IMG/VR virus record: IMGVR_UViG_3300003815_000003
Length of the DNA stretch: 64,000 nt
Origin: an uncultured virus (IMG/VR IMGVR_UViG_3300003815_000003)
Lineage: Duplodnaviria > Heunggongvirae > Uroviricota > Caudoviricetes
Direction: 5' to 3' (one strand)
Numbering within the stretch: position 1 is the stretch's first letter; every line of letters starts with the position of its first letter. The notes below the pieces were generated by a model. The model ran no database searches, had not been told where the DNA came from, and was given only the letters and a program-made list of their open reading frames with translations. A program made the position numbers and the translations under genes. This document shows, one piece after another, positions 56,533 to 64,000 of the stretch.

Positions 56533-57279
56533 ATGAAAAAAGAATTTGATAATTGTATAGCTATTTTACAAGAACCTAACTCTTGTAAGAGTGTTGCAAC
56601 TCCTTGGAAAAATATTCCGGTTTTGCGAGAAATGCGGCGAACGGAAAATCGTTTTAAAAAGGCGAAAATTATTCGTAAAGATAAATCTGTTATTTTTGGT
56701 CCAGATTTAATTGATTATCATTTGGGAGCAACTGAAACTTTTCCATTTGATTATTTTTCCGATATGCGGTTTTATAAGTTTTATGAAAATCAAAAGAGAA
56801 TTATCACTAAATGGTTTAATAGTATTGATTTAGAAGTTTATAGTTTATGTACTACTGCTTCGGGAATTACTATTCATGATGTGGTTCCTTGTATTATTCC
56901 TTCTTGGTTTTTGGAGTTCGTTGGAAAGGAATTTCCTGTGGTGGATATGACTTATTATGGTTCTGAATATAGTTTTATTCGTAAAATTCAGCGGGATTAT
57001 TATGATTATTTCAGTGAAATGAAAGTTGTGCAAGATTTCTTTTATACCAGATTTGAAGCAAGTTTAAAGGGAACACTTGAGCCTGATATTATTCAAGACC
57101 TAAAAGCGTTACATAAACGTTTCGCAGAAAATAACACTAAGAAAAAGAATTCCATTAAAACATATGATATTGATTGGTCTAACTTTTCAGATACATTAAA
57201 ATCTTATAATGGAAACGGTTATTATACCGTATCTGGGGGGATGAACATGTGGAACAATGTTACAGATGGAAGATTTTAA
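56533..57279 (+). CDS. hypothetical protein
   Basis: 248-aa ORF. Confidence 0.7.
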   Translation: MKKEFDNCIAILQEPNSCKSVATPWKNIPVLREMRRTENRFKKAKIIRKDKSVIFGPDLIDYHLGATETFPFDYFSDMRFYKFYENQKRIITKWFNSIDLEVYSLCTTASGITIHDVVPCIIPSWFLEFVGKEFPVVDMTYYGSEYSFIRKIQRDYYDYFSEMKVVQDFFYTRFEASLKGTLEPDIIQDLKALHKRFAENNTKKKNSIKTYDIDWSNFSDTLKSYNGNGYYTVSGGMNMWNNVTDGRF

Positions 57280-57288
57280 TTCTTTTTT

Positions 57289-57555
57289 ATGGAATCTTTA
57301 AAAGCATTTCTTTGGACTTCTGGAACATCCAGAATTAAAGATAGTCGAATTTCTAAAACGATTCGCGGTAAGCGTTGTTTGGTGTGGATTACTCATAAGA
57401 ATACTCCTAGTTCAAGGTGTGATTTTTGGGATAATATGGGAAAGATTCATAAGGATTTGACTTTTGGAAATCTTCAAAGATTGGGCCGAATTGTGTTAGA
57501 AAATGGTGATGCCCGTGAAACCTATTCCGTTATTTTTGAACTTAAAAAGAAATAA
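57289..57555 (+). CDS. hypothetical protein
   Basis: ORF in operon. Confidence 0.55.
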   Translation: MESLKAFLWTSGTSRIKDSRISKTIRGKRCLVWITHKNTPSSRCDFWDNMGKIHKDLTFGNLQRLGRIVLENGDARETYSVIFELKKK

Positions 57556-57563
57556 AAAAATAT

Positions 57564-57827
57564 ATGAGTCATTATCATGCAGATGCCATAGAAGAGAAAA
57601 CCGATAATCGTCTTAGTAATTTTTATCATCAATTATTTTTGGACGCAACTAAAAGATATGGTCATATCAAAGCTATAATAGATAACAAAGGTGAAAAAGA
57701 AGTTTATCCTCGATTTGCTATTATTGCAGAAGTTATTGATTCACAAAGGATTTTTCAAAAATCTGTTGACAGATCACGATATTACTATTATTATGTATTA
57801 AATGCTATCGAACAACTCCTAAATTGA
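57564..57827 (+). CDS. hypothetical protein
   Basis: ORF in operon. Confidence 0.55.
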   Translation: MSHYHADAIEEKTDNRLSNFYHQLFLDATKRYGHIKAIIDNKGEKEVYPRFAIIAEVIDSQRIFQKSVDRSRYYYYYVLNAIEQLLN

Positions 57828-57828
57828 T

Positions 57829-58002
57829 ATGAAATTTCCTGATAATAAACCTTATGAAAAAGGTTGGAATTCTTTTTTCCAATTATTTGACGTGGATCAA
57901 AATCCATATACTTTTATTCAAGATGAAGTATCGGCATTTGATTGGCAAAAAGGATGGCAAGATGCAGCAGAAGAATCAGATACTTGGAATTACGACTTAT
58001 GA
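57829..58002 (+). CDS. small Rmf/CrpP-fold-like protein (not in ORF track)
   Basis: 57 aa MKFPDNKPYEKGWNSF...QNPY...DWQKGWQDA; ATGA-coupled to next gene. Confidence 0.55.
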   Translation: MKFPDNKPYEKGWNSFFQLFDVDQNPYTFIQDEVSAFDWQKGWQDAAEESDTWNYDL

Positions 58003-58283
58003 ATTATAGTGCATCCGAAGCATATTCGGCAAAAACCTCCGAATTTCGTTTAAAGCTAATTCATTTCAAAGATATTAAAAAACGTTGGTTCCGTAATCAT
58101 TATGTTTTGTATCAAACATCAGGATGGTTTGGGCATAATTGTTTCACTTTTGAATGCGAACAAGCATTGAAACTTGACAAATATCCTGGTACATGGTATG
58201 GACCATTTTGGACAAAAGATTTAGCTGACGATTTTGCTCGATTGGTTGAACGTACTCACACTAGTTTTATTCTAGGCGGATAA
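57999..58283 (+). CDS. hypothetical protein (start ATG 57999)
   Basis: ATGA coupling with 57829..58002. Confidence 0.6.
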   Translation: MNYSASEAYSAKTSEFRLKLIHFKDIKKRWFRNHYVLYQTSGWFGHNCFTFECEQALKLDKYPGTWYGPFWTKDLADDFARLVERTHTSFILGG

Positions 58284-58327
58284 AAAATATTATATTGACA
58301 ATACCTTAATAGGTGATAATGTCTTGT

Positions 58328-58720
58328 ATGAATGAATACCGAAAGGAACGATTGATTACTATTGCCAGGAGTTTGTCTCATTTGCGAACAGGGAAATCTT
58401 TGCATTTCTCTTTCATTCTTAATAAGAATCAATTATTGGTAACGAGTGTGAATTCTTATAAGAAATCTCATTTGGAAAAGAGTTTTGGTAGGTATTTTCC
58501 TACTAAGAGTACAGAGAATAGTAATTATTTTCCTGCATTGCATTCAGAGATTGCAGCAATTAGGGAATACATTAATAAATTTGGTAATAGTAACTTTACT
58601 GGCTTGACATTGTTTAATGTCAGAGTAGGAGTGAATGGCAGTACTATGTTGGCAAAACCATGTGATAATTGTCAAAGAGTTTTGAATAGTTTTTCATTTA
58701 AAGAAATAGTTTATACATAA
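58328..58720 (+). CDS. Zn-dependent deaminase-fold protein (cytidine/dCMP deaminase superfamily)
   Basis: LHSEIAAI and AKPCDNC motifs; leaderless promoter TTGACA(58295). Confidence 0.8.
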   Translation: MNEYRKERLITIARSLSHLRTGKSLHFSFILNKNQLLVTSVNSYKKSHLEKSFGRYFPTKSTENSNYFPALHSEIAAIREYINKFGNSNFTGLTLFNVRVGVNGSTMLAKPCDNCQRVLNSFSFKEIVYT

Positions 58721-58725
58721 AAAAT

Positions 58726-59292
58726 ATGAATGTTATTATTCCTGATGGTTGGTATCAAGTTCCTTTAAATGAACCTGTTTATTATTATGATTTAGAATGG
58801 GAACATAATGATACCGGATGGGTGCCTGTTAAGAAATACGGTGATTTCTGTAAAAGAAACCGAAAGAAATATGTCATTCGTCAAGAGAATGTTCAAGAAG
58901 ATTTGATGATGGCATTAAGGCATTTCCCTAATGCTAGTTATTCAATGGAAACTAGATATAATGACAAAGCATTTTTCATGGCATATATTCTTTTTCTTGC
59001 AGGTGTTCAAGAAATGAACATTGATATTGGTTTTATTGGAGGACGTAGAGAAATAGCAAGTATTCTTTTTAGAGATAATTCTTTAACAATGAAACCGTAT
59101 ATTGAATTACCTTCTACTAATGGAACTAATATTTTTTATTTTCTTTTACAGAAATTACATATTCCTTATAGTGGTGGAGCAAGTACTGATAAAGATTTTA
59201 TGCAAGCCTCTTGGCATAACAGCGAAAGCTTTATTAGTAAACTTATCGTATATTTTAATGCTATTAAGAAAGAATTTCGTGATGGAAAATGA
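58726..59292 (+). CDS. hypothetical protein
   Basis: ORF in operon. Confidence 0.65.
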   Translation: MNVIIPDGWYQVPLNEPVYYYDLEWEHNDTGWVPVKKYGDFCKRNRKKYVIRQENVQEDLMMALRHFPNASYSMETRYNDKAFFMAYILFLAGVQEMNIDIGFIGGRREIASILFRDNSLTMKPYIELPSTNGTNIFYFLLQKLHIPYSGGASTDKDFMQASWHNSESFISKLIVYFNAIKKEFRDGK

Positions 59293-59330
59293 TGCATTGA
59301 CAATGAATAATAAATAAGGTATCATTCCTT

Positions 59331-59459
59331 ATGAAATTATTCACCATCAAAATTAAGCCACGAAAGAAGCGAGAAAGATTTGCTCCTGTTACTAAACAAG
59401 AAACGAATCGAAAAGCCTATAATCGAAAACAGAAACATCATAAAAAAGATGAAAGCTAA
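59331..59459 (+). CDS. small basic ArfA-like peptide (not in ORF track)
   Basis: MKLFTIKIKPRKKRERFAPVTKQETNRKAYNRKQKHHKKDES; promoter TTGACA(59297)-N17-TATCAT ends 5 nt before ATG. Confidence 0.55.
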   Translation: MKLFTIKIKPRKKRERFAPVTKQETNRKAYNRKQKHHKKDES

Positions 59460-59694
59460 AATTCTCCAATACGGTTTCACAGAAGTTAAAGAAACTGAAA
59501 ACAGTTTAAAGATTTCTCATAATGGAAATATGGGAAATAGTATTAAAGATTCCGTTGATCCTAATTTGAAGCAATTGGGATATGGTTCTATCAAGTATCT
59601 TAAGAAACTGTATCGGAAATTCAAAGAAGAAGGAAGTCCTGATTATGCTTATTCGATTGTTTTTGATAAAAATATTAGACAAAAATTTGATTAA
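59449..59694 (+). CDS. hypothetical protein (start ATG 59449)
   Basis: In-frame ATG overlapping previous stop. Confidence 0.55.
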   Translation: MKAKILQYGFTEVKETENSLKISHNGNMGNSIKDSVDPNLKQLGYGSIKYLKKLYRKFKEEGSPDYAYSIVFDKNIRQKFD

Positions 59695-59697
59695 GTT

Positions 59698-59880
59698 ATG
59701 AAAATTCTAGGAAAATATGTCACTGCTCAAGTTTTTGGACAAAATTATCCTCTTCAAGGTTGGGTGATTCAAGAAAATCCCTTAATTATTAAACATTCGG
59801 ATGGAACACAAACCAGATGTACGGGAAAACCGACAATAGTTATTAATCCTCCTAGATTACCTAATAATTTATTGAAATGA
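59698..59880 (+). CDS. hypothetical protein
   Basis: ORF in operon. Confidence 0.55.
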   Translation: MKILGKYVTAQVFGQNYPLQGWVIQENPLIIKHSDGTQTRCTGKPTIVINPPRLPNNLLK

Positions 59881-60044
59881 ATAATGATTCCTCTTCTTTT
59901 TGCAATCGAATACAAAGAAGCAGGAGTTTGGACAGAATATCAATATACCGAAAATCTACTTGACGCATGCCATATTGCGAGTAGATTGACTTGGGAAGTT
60001 CGTGAAGAATGGATACGAATCTTAACACCTGATAATAAAATTTT

Positions 60045-60290
60045 ATGATATTGAAAAATAATTATTATGACAATAAAAATGCTGCAATTGATGAAATTTA
60101 TGCAGCATTACCGGAAAATATGCATTCTACTTCCATTATAAGCTTAATTGCTTCGGTTATAGAAGAATCCATTAATCTTGGATATAATGGCGGTTATTCT
60201 GATATGGCAGACAGAACATCTAATAATATTAGATGCATTGTTTCTCAAGGTAATATGTGTTCTATTACTAAATCTGAAAAAATTCTATGA
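60045..60290 (+). CDS. hypothetical protein
   Basis: ORF in operon. Confidence 0.55.
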   Translation: MILKNNYYDNKNAAIDEIYAALPENMHSTSIISLIASVIEESINLGYNGGYSDMADRTSNNIRCIVSQGNMCSITKSEKIL

Positions 60291-60293
60291 AAG

Positions 60294-60785
60294 ATGAATA
60301 ATTCTTGCTCAAATTGTGAAGATTGTCTGGATTGCAACAATTGCAACGATTTAGACACTTGTTCAAAGTGTAATCTTTGTGATTTATGCACAAATTGTGA
60401 TGTTTGTTATCTTTGTGATTATTGTAATGATTCACAATATCTTTATTCTTGTTATTATTGTCGAGAATGTTCTTATTGTTATGGATGCAAGAATTGTTTC
60501 AACTGTGAAAATCTTATTTTTTCCAAACATTGTGAAAATAGTAAATGGCTTATTTTTTGTTTAAAATTAATTGATGAAACGTATCATGCCTTCAATAAGC
60601 CGTTGACAAAAGAAAGGTATCAAGCTATTGTCGAAGAAGTGATTAGAATCCTTCCTAACTGGCAACAAGCAGCAGTAGCAGGATTCTGGCAAACAGTAAC
60701 AAGGAATCAATGGCAAGCATTACAGTTAATTCCTGAATTTGATAAAGAAATCGTCGAAACTATTACAAAAATTACATTAACATGA
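60294..60785 (+). CDS. Cys-rich (CxxCxx)n repeat protein
   Basis: N-terminal half has Cys at nearly every third residue. Confidence 0.75.
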   Translation: MNNSCSNCEDCLDCNNCNDLDTCSKCNLCDLCTNCDVCYLCDYCNDSQYLYSCYYCRECSYCYGCKNCFNCENLIFSKHCENSKWLIFCLKLIDETYHAFNKPLTKERYQAIVEEVIRILPNWQQAAVAGFWQTVTRNQWQALQLIPEFDKEIVETITKITLT

Positions 60786-61219
60786 TCTTTCTATATTGTG
60801 TATTATTCTATATTATATATTCATATTTCCATGATTATATCATTGATCCTGCAATTCAGTATTATTTTAATATTAAAGGATGTAAGTTTTGTAAAATAAC
60901 CTTTCAATATAGAAGATGGAAAGATTCGGGGCATCTTGACGCTTATCCATTATCTACCTATCATGAATTAGCTCATTCAAAACTTTCTGAACCACATGAA
61001 ATGACGGTTTTAGTGTCTGATTTAGGTTCTGATCAACCTAATGAAATCTGTGTTGCACCGGTTGACCTTAAAGGTAATTGGATTACTAATACTTTTGATA
61101 AAAATAATATGGTAGAGGTTATACATATTCCGCTTGCACAAGTTAGTAATCGAAGGGATATTCCTTCTGTATCCTTTTGGCAATATCTATATAATGGACA
61201 AAAAATTACCTTAACATGA
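60782..61219 (+). CDS. membrane-anchored hypothetical protein (paralog of next)
   Basis: N-terminal TM, RWKD, C.A.VD...G.W. Confidence 0.65.
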   Translation: MIFLYCVLFYIIYSYFHDYIIDPAIQYYFNIKGCKFCKITFQYRRWKDSGHLDAYPLSTYHELAHSKLSEPHEMTVLVSDLGSDQPNEICVAPVDLKGNWITNTFDKNNMVEVIHIPLAQVSNRRDIPSVSFWQYLYNGQKITLT

Positions 61220-61626
61220 TTATTTTCTTTCTCATTCTTTATTTGGTATGTTTATTATTTGATCATACTAATTTTATTCCTTGGGTTATAAATCAACGTA
61301 AGAAATATGCATTAGTAACTGTGCGTTTCCATCGATGGAAAGATGATGATTGGCATTCTATGGAATTTAAGCCGGAATGTTTTTCAGAAGATGCACGAAA
61401 AGAACTTGGGCCTGAACAAGAAGAATCTTTTTATGTGGAAGTTCTTGATTCTTATTGGAATGGAAATATGTGTTGTGCTGCGGTTGATAAATTAACGGGC
61501 GAATGGGTCGGAGATATTTTTCATATCGGTGAACAAATGAGAGTAAGAACAATACCAGAGAAAAATATTATTTCAACTATTCCCATGAAACTTACATTTT
61601 GGGCAGGACTTCAACCAAAGAAATAA
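61216..61626 (+). CDS. membrane-anchored hypothetical protein (paralog of previous)
   Basis: N-terminal TM, RWKD, C.A.VD...G.W. Confidence 0.65.
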   Translation: MIIFFLILYLVCLLFDHTNFIPWVINQRKKYALVTVRFHRWKDDDWHSMEFKPECFSEDARKELGPEQEESFYVEVLDSYWNGNMCCAAVDKLTGEWVGDIFHIGEQMRVRTIPEKNIISTIPMKLTFWAGLQPKK

Positions 61627-61628
61627 AT

Positions 61629-61656
61629 TTGACAATAAGTGAATAACTGATAGAAT
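61629..61656 (+). promoter_or_regulatory. promoter with ATAACTGATAGAAT box, copy 1
   Basis: TTGACA-N8-ATAACTGA-TAGAAT. Confidence 0.8.
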
Positions 61657-61667
61657 ACCTTCTCATT

Positions 61668-62096
61668 ATGAACCTAAAACATCCGACTGATATTCCTAGC
61701 CATTGGCCTAAACTTAAAGCGCGTAAACGTTCATTTGTTTCTATTCGAGAAGCAAAAGTACCTGAATCTTTTAAAGTCGCTTGGCAAGATTCCGAATTGG
61801 TTTCTGATCCTTCGCTTGATTTGATTATTGTTCAATCAAATGGAACACAATATCCTTGTAAGAAAGATATTTTCTATTCCACTTATCAAGAAGTAGAGAA
61901 TTTTAATATTTGGCAAAAGAAAGAACTTTCTACTCTTGTTCAAGTTCCTCAACATTATGAAGTTTCCATTGAAACCCTGGAAGGAACATTGAATAAAGTT
62001 GTTTATCCTGATTATGTTGTTATTGGTAAGAAGGATGAATTGTATGCAAATAAGAAAGAATGGGCTGATGAAAATCTTGAATTTATCGTTGACTAA
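61668..62096 (+). CDS. PGDYG-like domain protein
   Basis: YPCKKDIF..TY and TLEG....PDYVVIG..DELY. Confidence 0.55.
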   Translation: MNLKHPTDIPSHWPKLKARKRSFVSIREAKVPESFKVAWQDSELVSDPSLDLIIVQSNGTQYPCKKDIFYSTYQEVENFNIWQKKELSTLVQVPQHYEVSIETLEGTLNKVVYPDYVVIGKKDELYANKKEWADENLEFIVD

Positions 62097-62116
62097 TTCC
62101 AGATAACTGATAGAAT
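62089..62116 (+). promoter_or_regulatory. promoter with ATAACTGATAGAAT box, copy 2
   Basis: TTGACT-N8-ATAACTGA-TAGAAT. Confidence 0.8.
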
Positions 62117-62129
62117 AACTAATAATATT

Positions 62130-62351
62130 ATGGAACCGATGACATCTTTTTATGTAGTTGACACTACTTATGTACCTAAACCTGGATATGGTAACATTCA
62201 TCTAGGATTTGAAGTAAAAACCGGTTCAGGAAAAAACCATTTAAAAATTCTTAAAGAAGCATTAGAATTGAAATATCCTGCACCACGTTATACCGTAGAA
62301 TACCAAACTCCTGAAAAGTCAGGTTGGGGCAATCCTTCAAACGGATGGTAA
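62130..62351 (+). CDS. hypothetical protein
   Basis: ORF behind own promoter. Confidence 0.6.
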   Translation: MEPMTSFYVVDTTYVPKPGYGNIHLGFEVKTGSGKNHLKILKEALELKYPAPRYTVEYQTPEKSGWGNPSNGW

Positions 62352-62356
62352 ACAAT

Positions 62357-62384
62357 TTGACAACTGCTCAATAACTGATAGAAG
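62357..62384 (+). promoter_or_regulatory. promoter with ATAACTGATAGAA box, copy 3
   Basis: TTGACA-N8-ATAACTGA-TAGAAG. Confidence 0.75.
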
Positions 62385-62393
62385 TACAATATT

Positions 62394-63023
62394 ATGACTC
62401 TTAAAGAATTTCAAAAACAAAATAAAAATAAACTAGACGAAGAGTTTATTCAGAAATATCCTGATGGACGTATTACATTGGAAAGACGCAAAGACAATTC
62501 CCACACTATTTCTTTGGGATTTAAACGTAATACGTCGAACACATCCTCTTATCGTTTTGGTTTTGGTTGTAAAAATTCCAAACTATATGTATTTGAAGGA
62601 TTAGGATTTAGTAAGCAAAATCATTACGATAACATCAATGATGCAGTTAATGCTGCTTACAAATTTAATTTTCCCGATAAACTAATCAAAGCTTTCAAAC
62701 TTCGATATAAAGGGAAAGATAGTAAGAAATTCTCCAGAAACAATCCTCAAGAAATCGAAGTAGGAAGTAAAGTTAAAATTAAATATGAGGAAAGAAATTG
62801 GCACAAGGATATTGATCCCGATACCATTTATGAAGTAGAAAAAGTGGAAGACCATACTGATAAAGATGGATACGTTTATACTATTTTATCCTTTAAAGGA
62901 TTAGCCAAGAATTATTCCACTAAAGAAGAAACTTGTATAGGAAGGGTTCGCTCTTACTTTGCTACCACATTTGATAATGTTGATTTTGAAGCAAATGTTC
63001 TTAATCCCTTGACAAATGCCTGA
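62394..63023 (+). CDS. hypothetical protein
   Basis: ORF behind own promoter. Confidence 0.7.
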   Translation: MTLKEFQKQNKNKLDEEFIQKYPDGRITLERRKDNSHTISLGFKRNTSNTSSYRFGFGCKNSKLYVFEGLGFSKQNHYDNINDAVNAAYKFNFPDKLIKAFKLRYKGKDSKKFSRNNPQEIEVGSKVKIKYEERNWHKDIDPDTIYEVEKVEDHTDKDGYVYTILSFKGLAKNYSTKEETCIGRVRSYFATTFDNVDFEANVLNPLTNA

Positions 63024-63036
63024 TAACTGATAGAAT
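63009..63036 (+). promoter_or_regulatory. promoter with ATAACTGATAGAAT box, copy 4
   Basis: TTGACA-N8-ATAACTGA-TAGAAT. Confidence 0.8.
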
Positions 63037-63059
63037 ACACTCTCAACCCAAACAATACT

Positions 63060-63389
63060 ATGAACTCTAATCTACTTGTTAAATATATTCGCCAAACTAA
63101 GAAAGAAATTTCTCCTCGTAAGAAAGCAGTAATGGAACGCACTCGTAAAGTTGGCACACTTATTGCATTCCTTGATTCTGATGAATATATCCGTATTGGA
63201 TGGTCTGCCCTTAATACTTGGAGCGATGACAAATTTGATCGTAATGAAGGAATTCGCCTTGCAAAACTTAATACAACGTGTATTCTTTCTCCTGATGTAA
63301 TCAAAAGCATGCCTCTAAAGGTTCGCAATGATATTGAACACTTTATTGGACGTGCCGAAAACTATTTCAAGCGTTCAGTAGTTCGTTAA
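63060..63389 (+). CDS. hypothetical protein
   Basis: IGWS...D.FD...G..LA pattern; own promoter. Confidence 0.65.
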   Translation: MNSNLLVKYIRQTKKEISPRKKAVMERTRKVGTLIAFLDSDEYIRIGWSALNTWSDDKFDRNEGIRLAKLNTTCILSPDVIKSMPLKVRNDIEHFIGRAENYFKRSVVR

Positions 63390-63426
63390 TTTCCCGTTAA
63401 GATAAACAACAAAAAACTAAAATACT

Positions 63427-63630
63427 ATGAAGGTAAAAGAACTAATCGCAGAACTTGCTAAACATAATCCCGAAGCAAAGGTTCTTAATTATATCGAAGA
63501 AGCAGAAGAATATGGTAAAACCACTTCTGTTGTCACTATCACAGATCAAGACGAAATGCCTTATGCAAAAGGGGATGTTCCTGAAATTGACGGAGAAGTG
63601 GTATTGATTCAAGGATGGCTCGCATCTTAA
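63427..63630 (+). CDS. hypothetical protein
   Basis: MKVKELIAEL..-type small phage ORF. Confidence 0.6.
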   Translation: MKVKELIAELAKHNPEAKVLNYIEEAEEYGKTTSVVTITDQDEMPYAKGDVPEIDGEVVLIQGWLAS

Positions 63631-63656
63631 TTTCCCTTTAACATAAACACAATATT

Positions 63657-63950
63657 ATGAATAAATCGCTTTGTATTACTGCGCCTCGTCTAGATAATCA
63701 CGATAATGGGTTTTCTTTAACTCTAAATGGAGAATGGTTTGATCTTGCTAATACGCATGATTTACGAAAACTGAACGAACATAATCTCCGATTACTATTA
63801 AAGATGGATCGTGCTTATGAAAAGGCATTAGCTGAATTTAACCAACAATTCGTTGACAAATATGCTTCTCAAGTGGATACTGTAAATGCCTTACCCGTTG
63901 AAACATATGATGCATATTGTAAAATCTCAGACGAGATTGACGAAGAATAA
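63657..63950 (+). CDS. hypothetical protein
   Basis: ORF in operon. Confidence 0.6.
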   Translation: MNKSLCITAPRLDNHDNGFSLTLNGEWFDLANTHDLRKLNEHNLRLLLKMDRAYEKALAEFNQQFVDKYASQVDTVNALPVETYDAYCKISDEIDEE

Positions 63951-64000
63951 ACTATTTAAAATTCCCTCAAACAGCAAATAAACAACAAAACACACATGAC

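Noticed and set aside
1519..63328. Numerous short alternative-frame or antisense ORFs nested in larger genes (e.g. 2160, 11383, 19714, 27456, 53359, 62954)
   Set aside because: They overlap well-supported genes, have off-frame amino-acid composition and no recognisable motifs
63971..63978. Extra copy of the ACAGCAAA ncRNA motif
   Set aside because: No enclosing AG...CT stem; A/C-rich leader context where it can occur by chance
1..64000. Stop-codon reassignment
   Set aside because: Known genes (nrdA, nrdB, nadV, rnh, clamp loader) are full length in the standard code, and TAA, TGA and occasional TAG end genes at sensible places

Overview
AT-rich 64-kb segment of a large T4-like (myovirus-type) dsDNA phage, standard genetic code. 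T4-like core genes are a gp19-like tail tube, RNase H/5'-3' exonuclease, gp44-like clamp loader, class Ia nrdA/nrdB, Hsp20 and TAAATA late-promoter boxes. These are mixed with many auxiliary genes: thyX, coaE plus an HD-coaD fusion, NadM-Nudix plus NAMPT, three amidoligases with two class-II glutamine amidotransferases, radical SAM, S8 protease, 3D-domain protein, deaminase and YqeY. Dozens of small hypothetical ORFs are driven by TTGACA-N16/17-TAnnnT promoters, often leaderless and without Shine-Dalgarno sites. Most notable: (1) A DUF2828/vWA (Ro60/TROVE-like) gene (24568-26286) is followed by a separately promoted and terminated non-coding array (26381-26790). Its five stem-closed RNA units each carry a single-stranded (A/C)C(A/T/C)GCAAA motif. 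Unit 4 holds a tRNA T-arm and unit 5 a complete circularly permuted tRNA-like domain, so this is a candidate Ro60/Y-RNA-like ribonucleoprotein system. (2) A thyA remnant truncated right at the I-TevI homing site (GIPFN) sits beside a free-standing I-TevI-like GIY-YIG endonuclease and thyX, suggesting homing-endonuclease-driven thyA-to-thyX replacement. All family assignments come from motifs recognised by eye; no searches were run.
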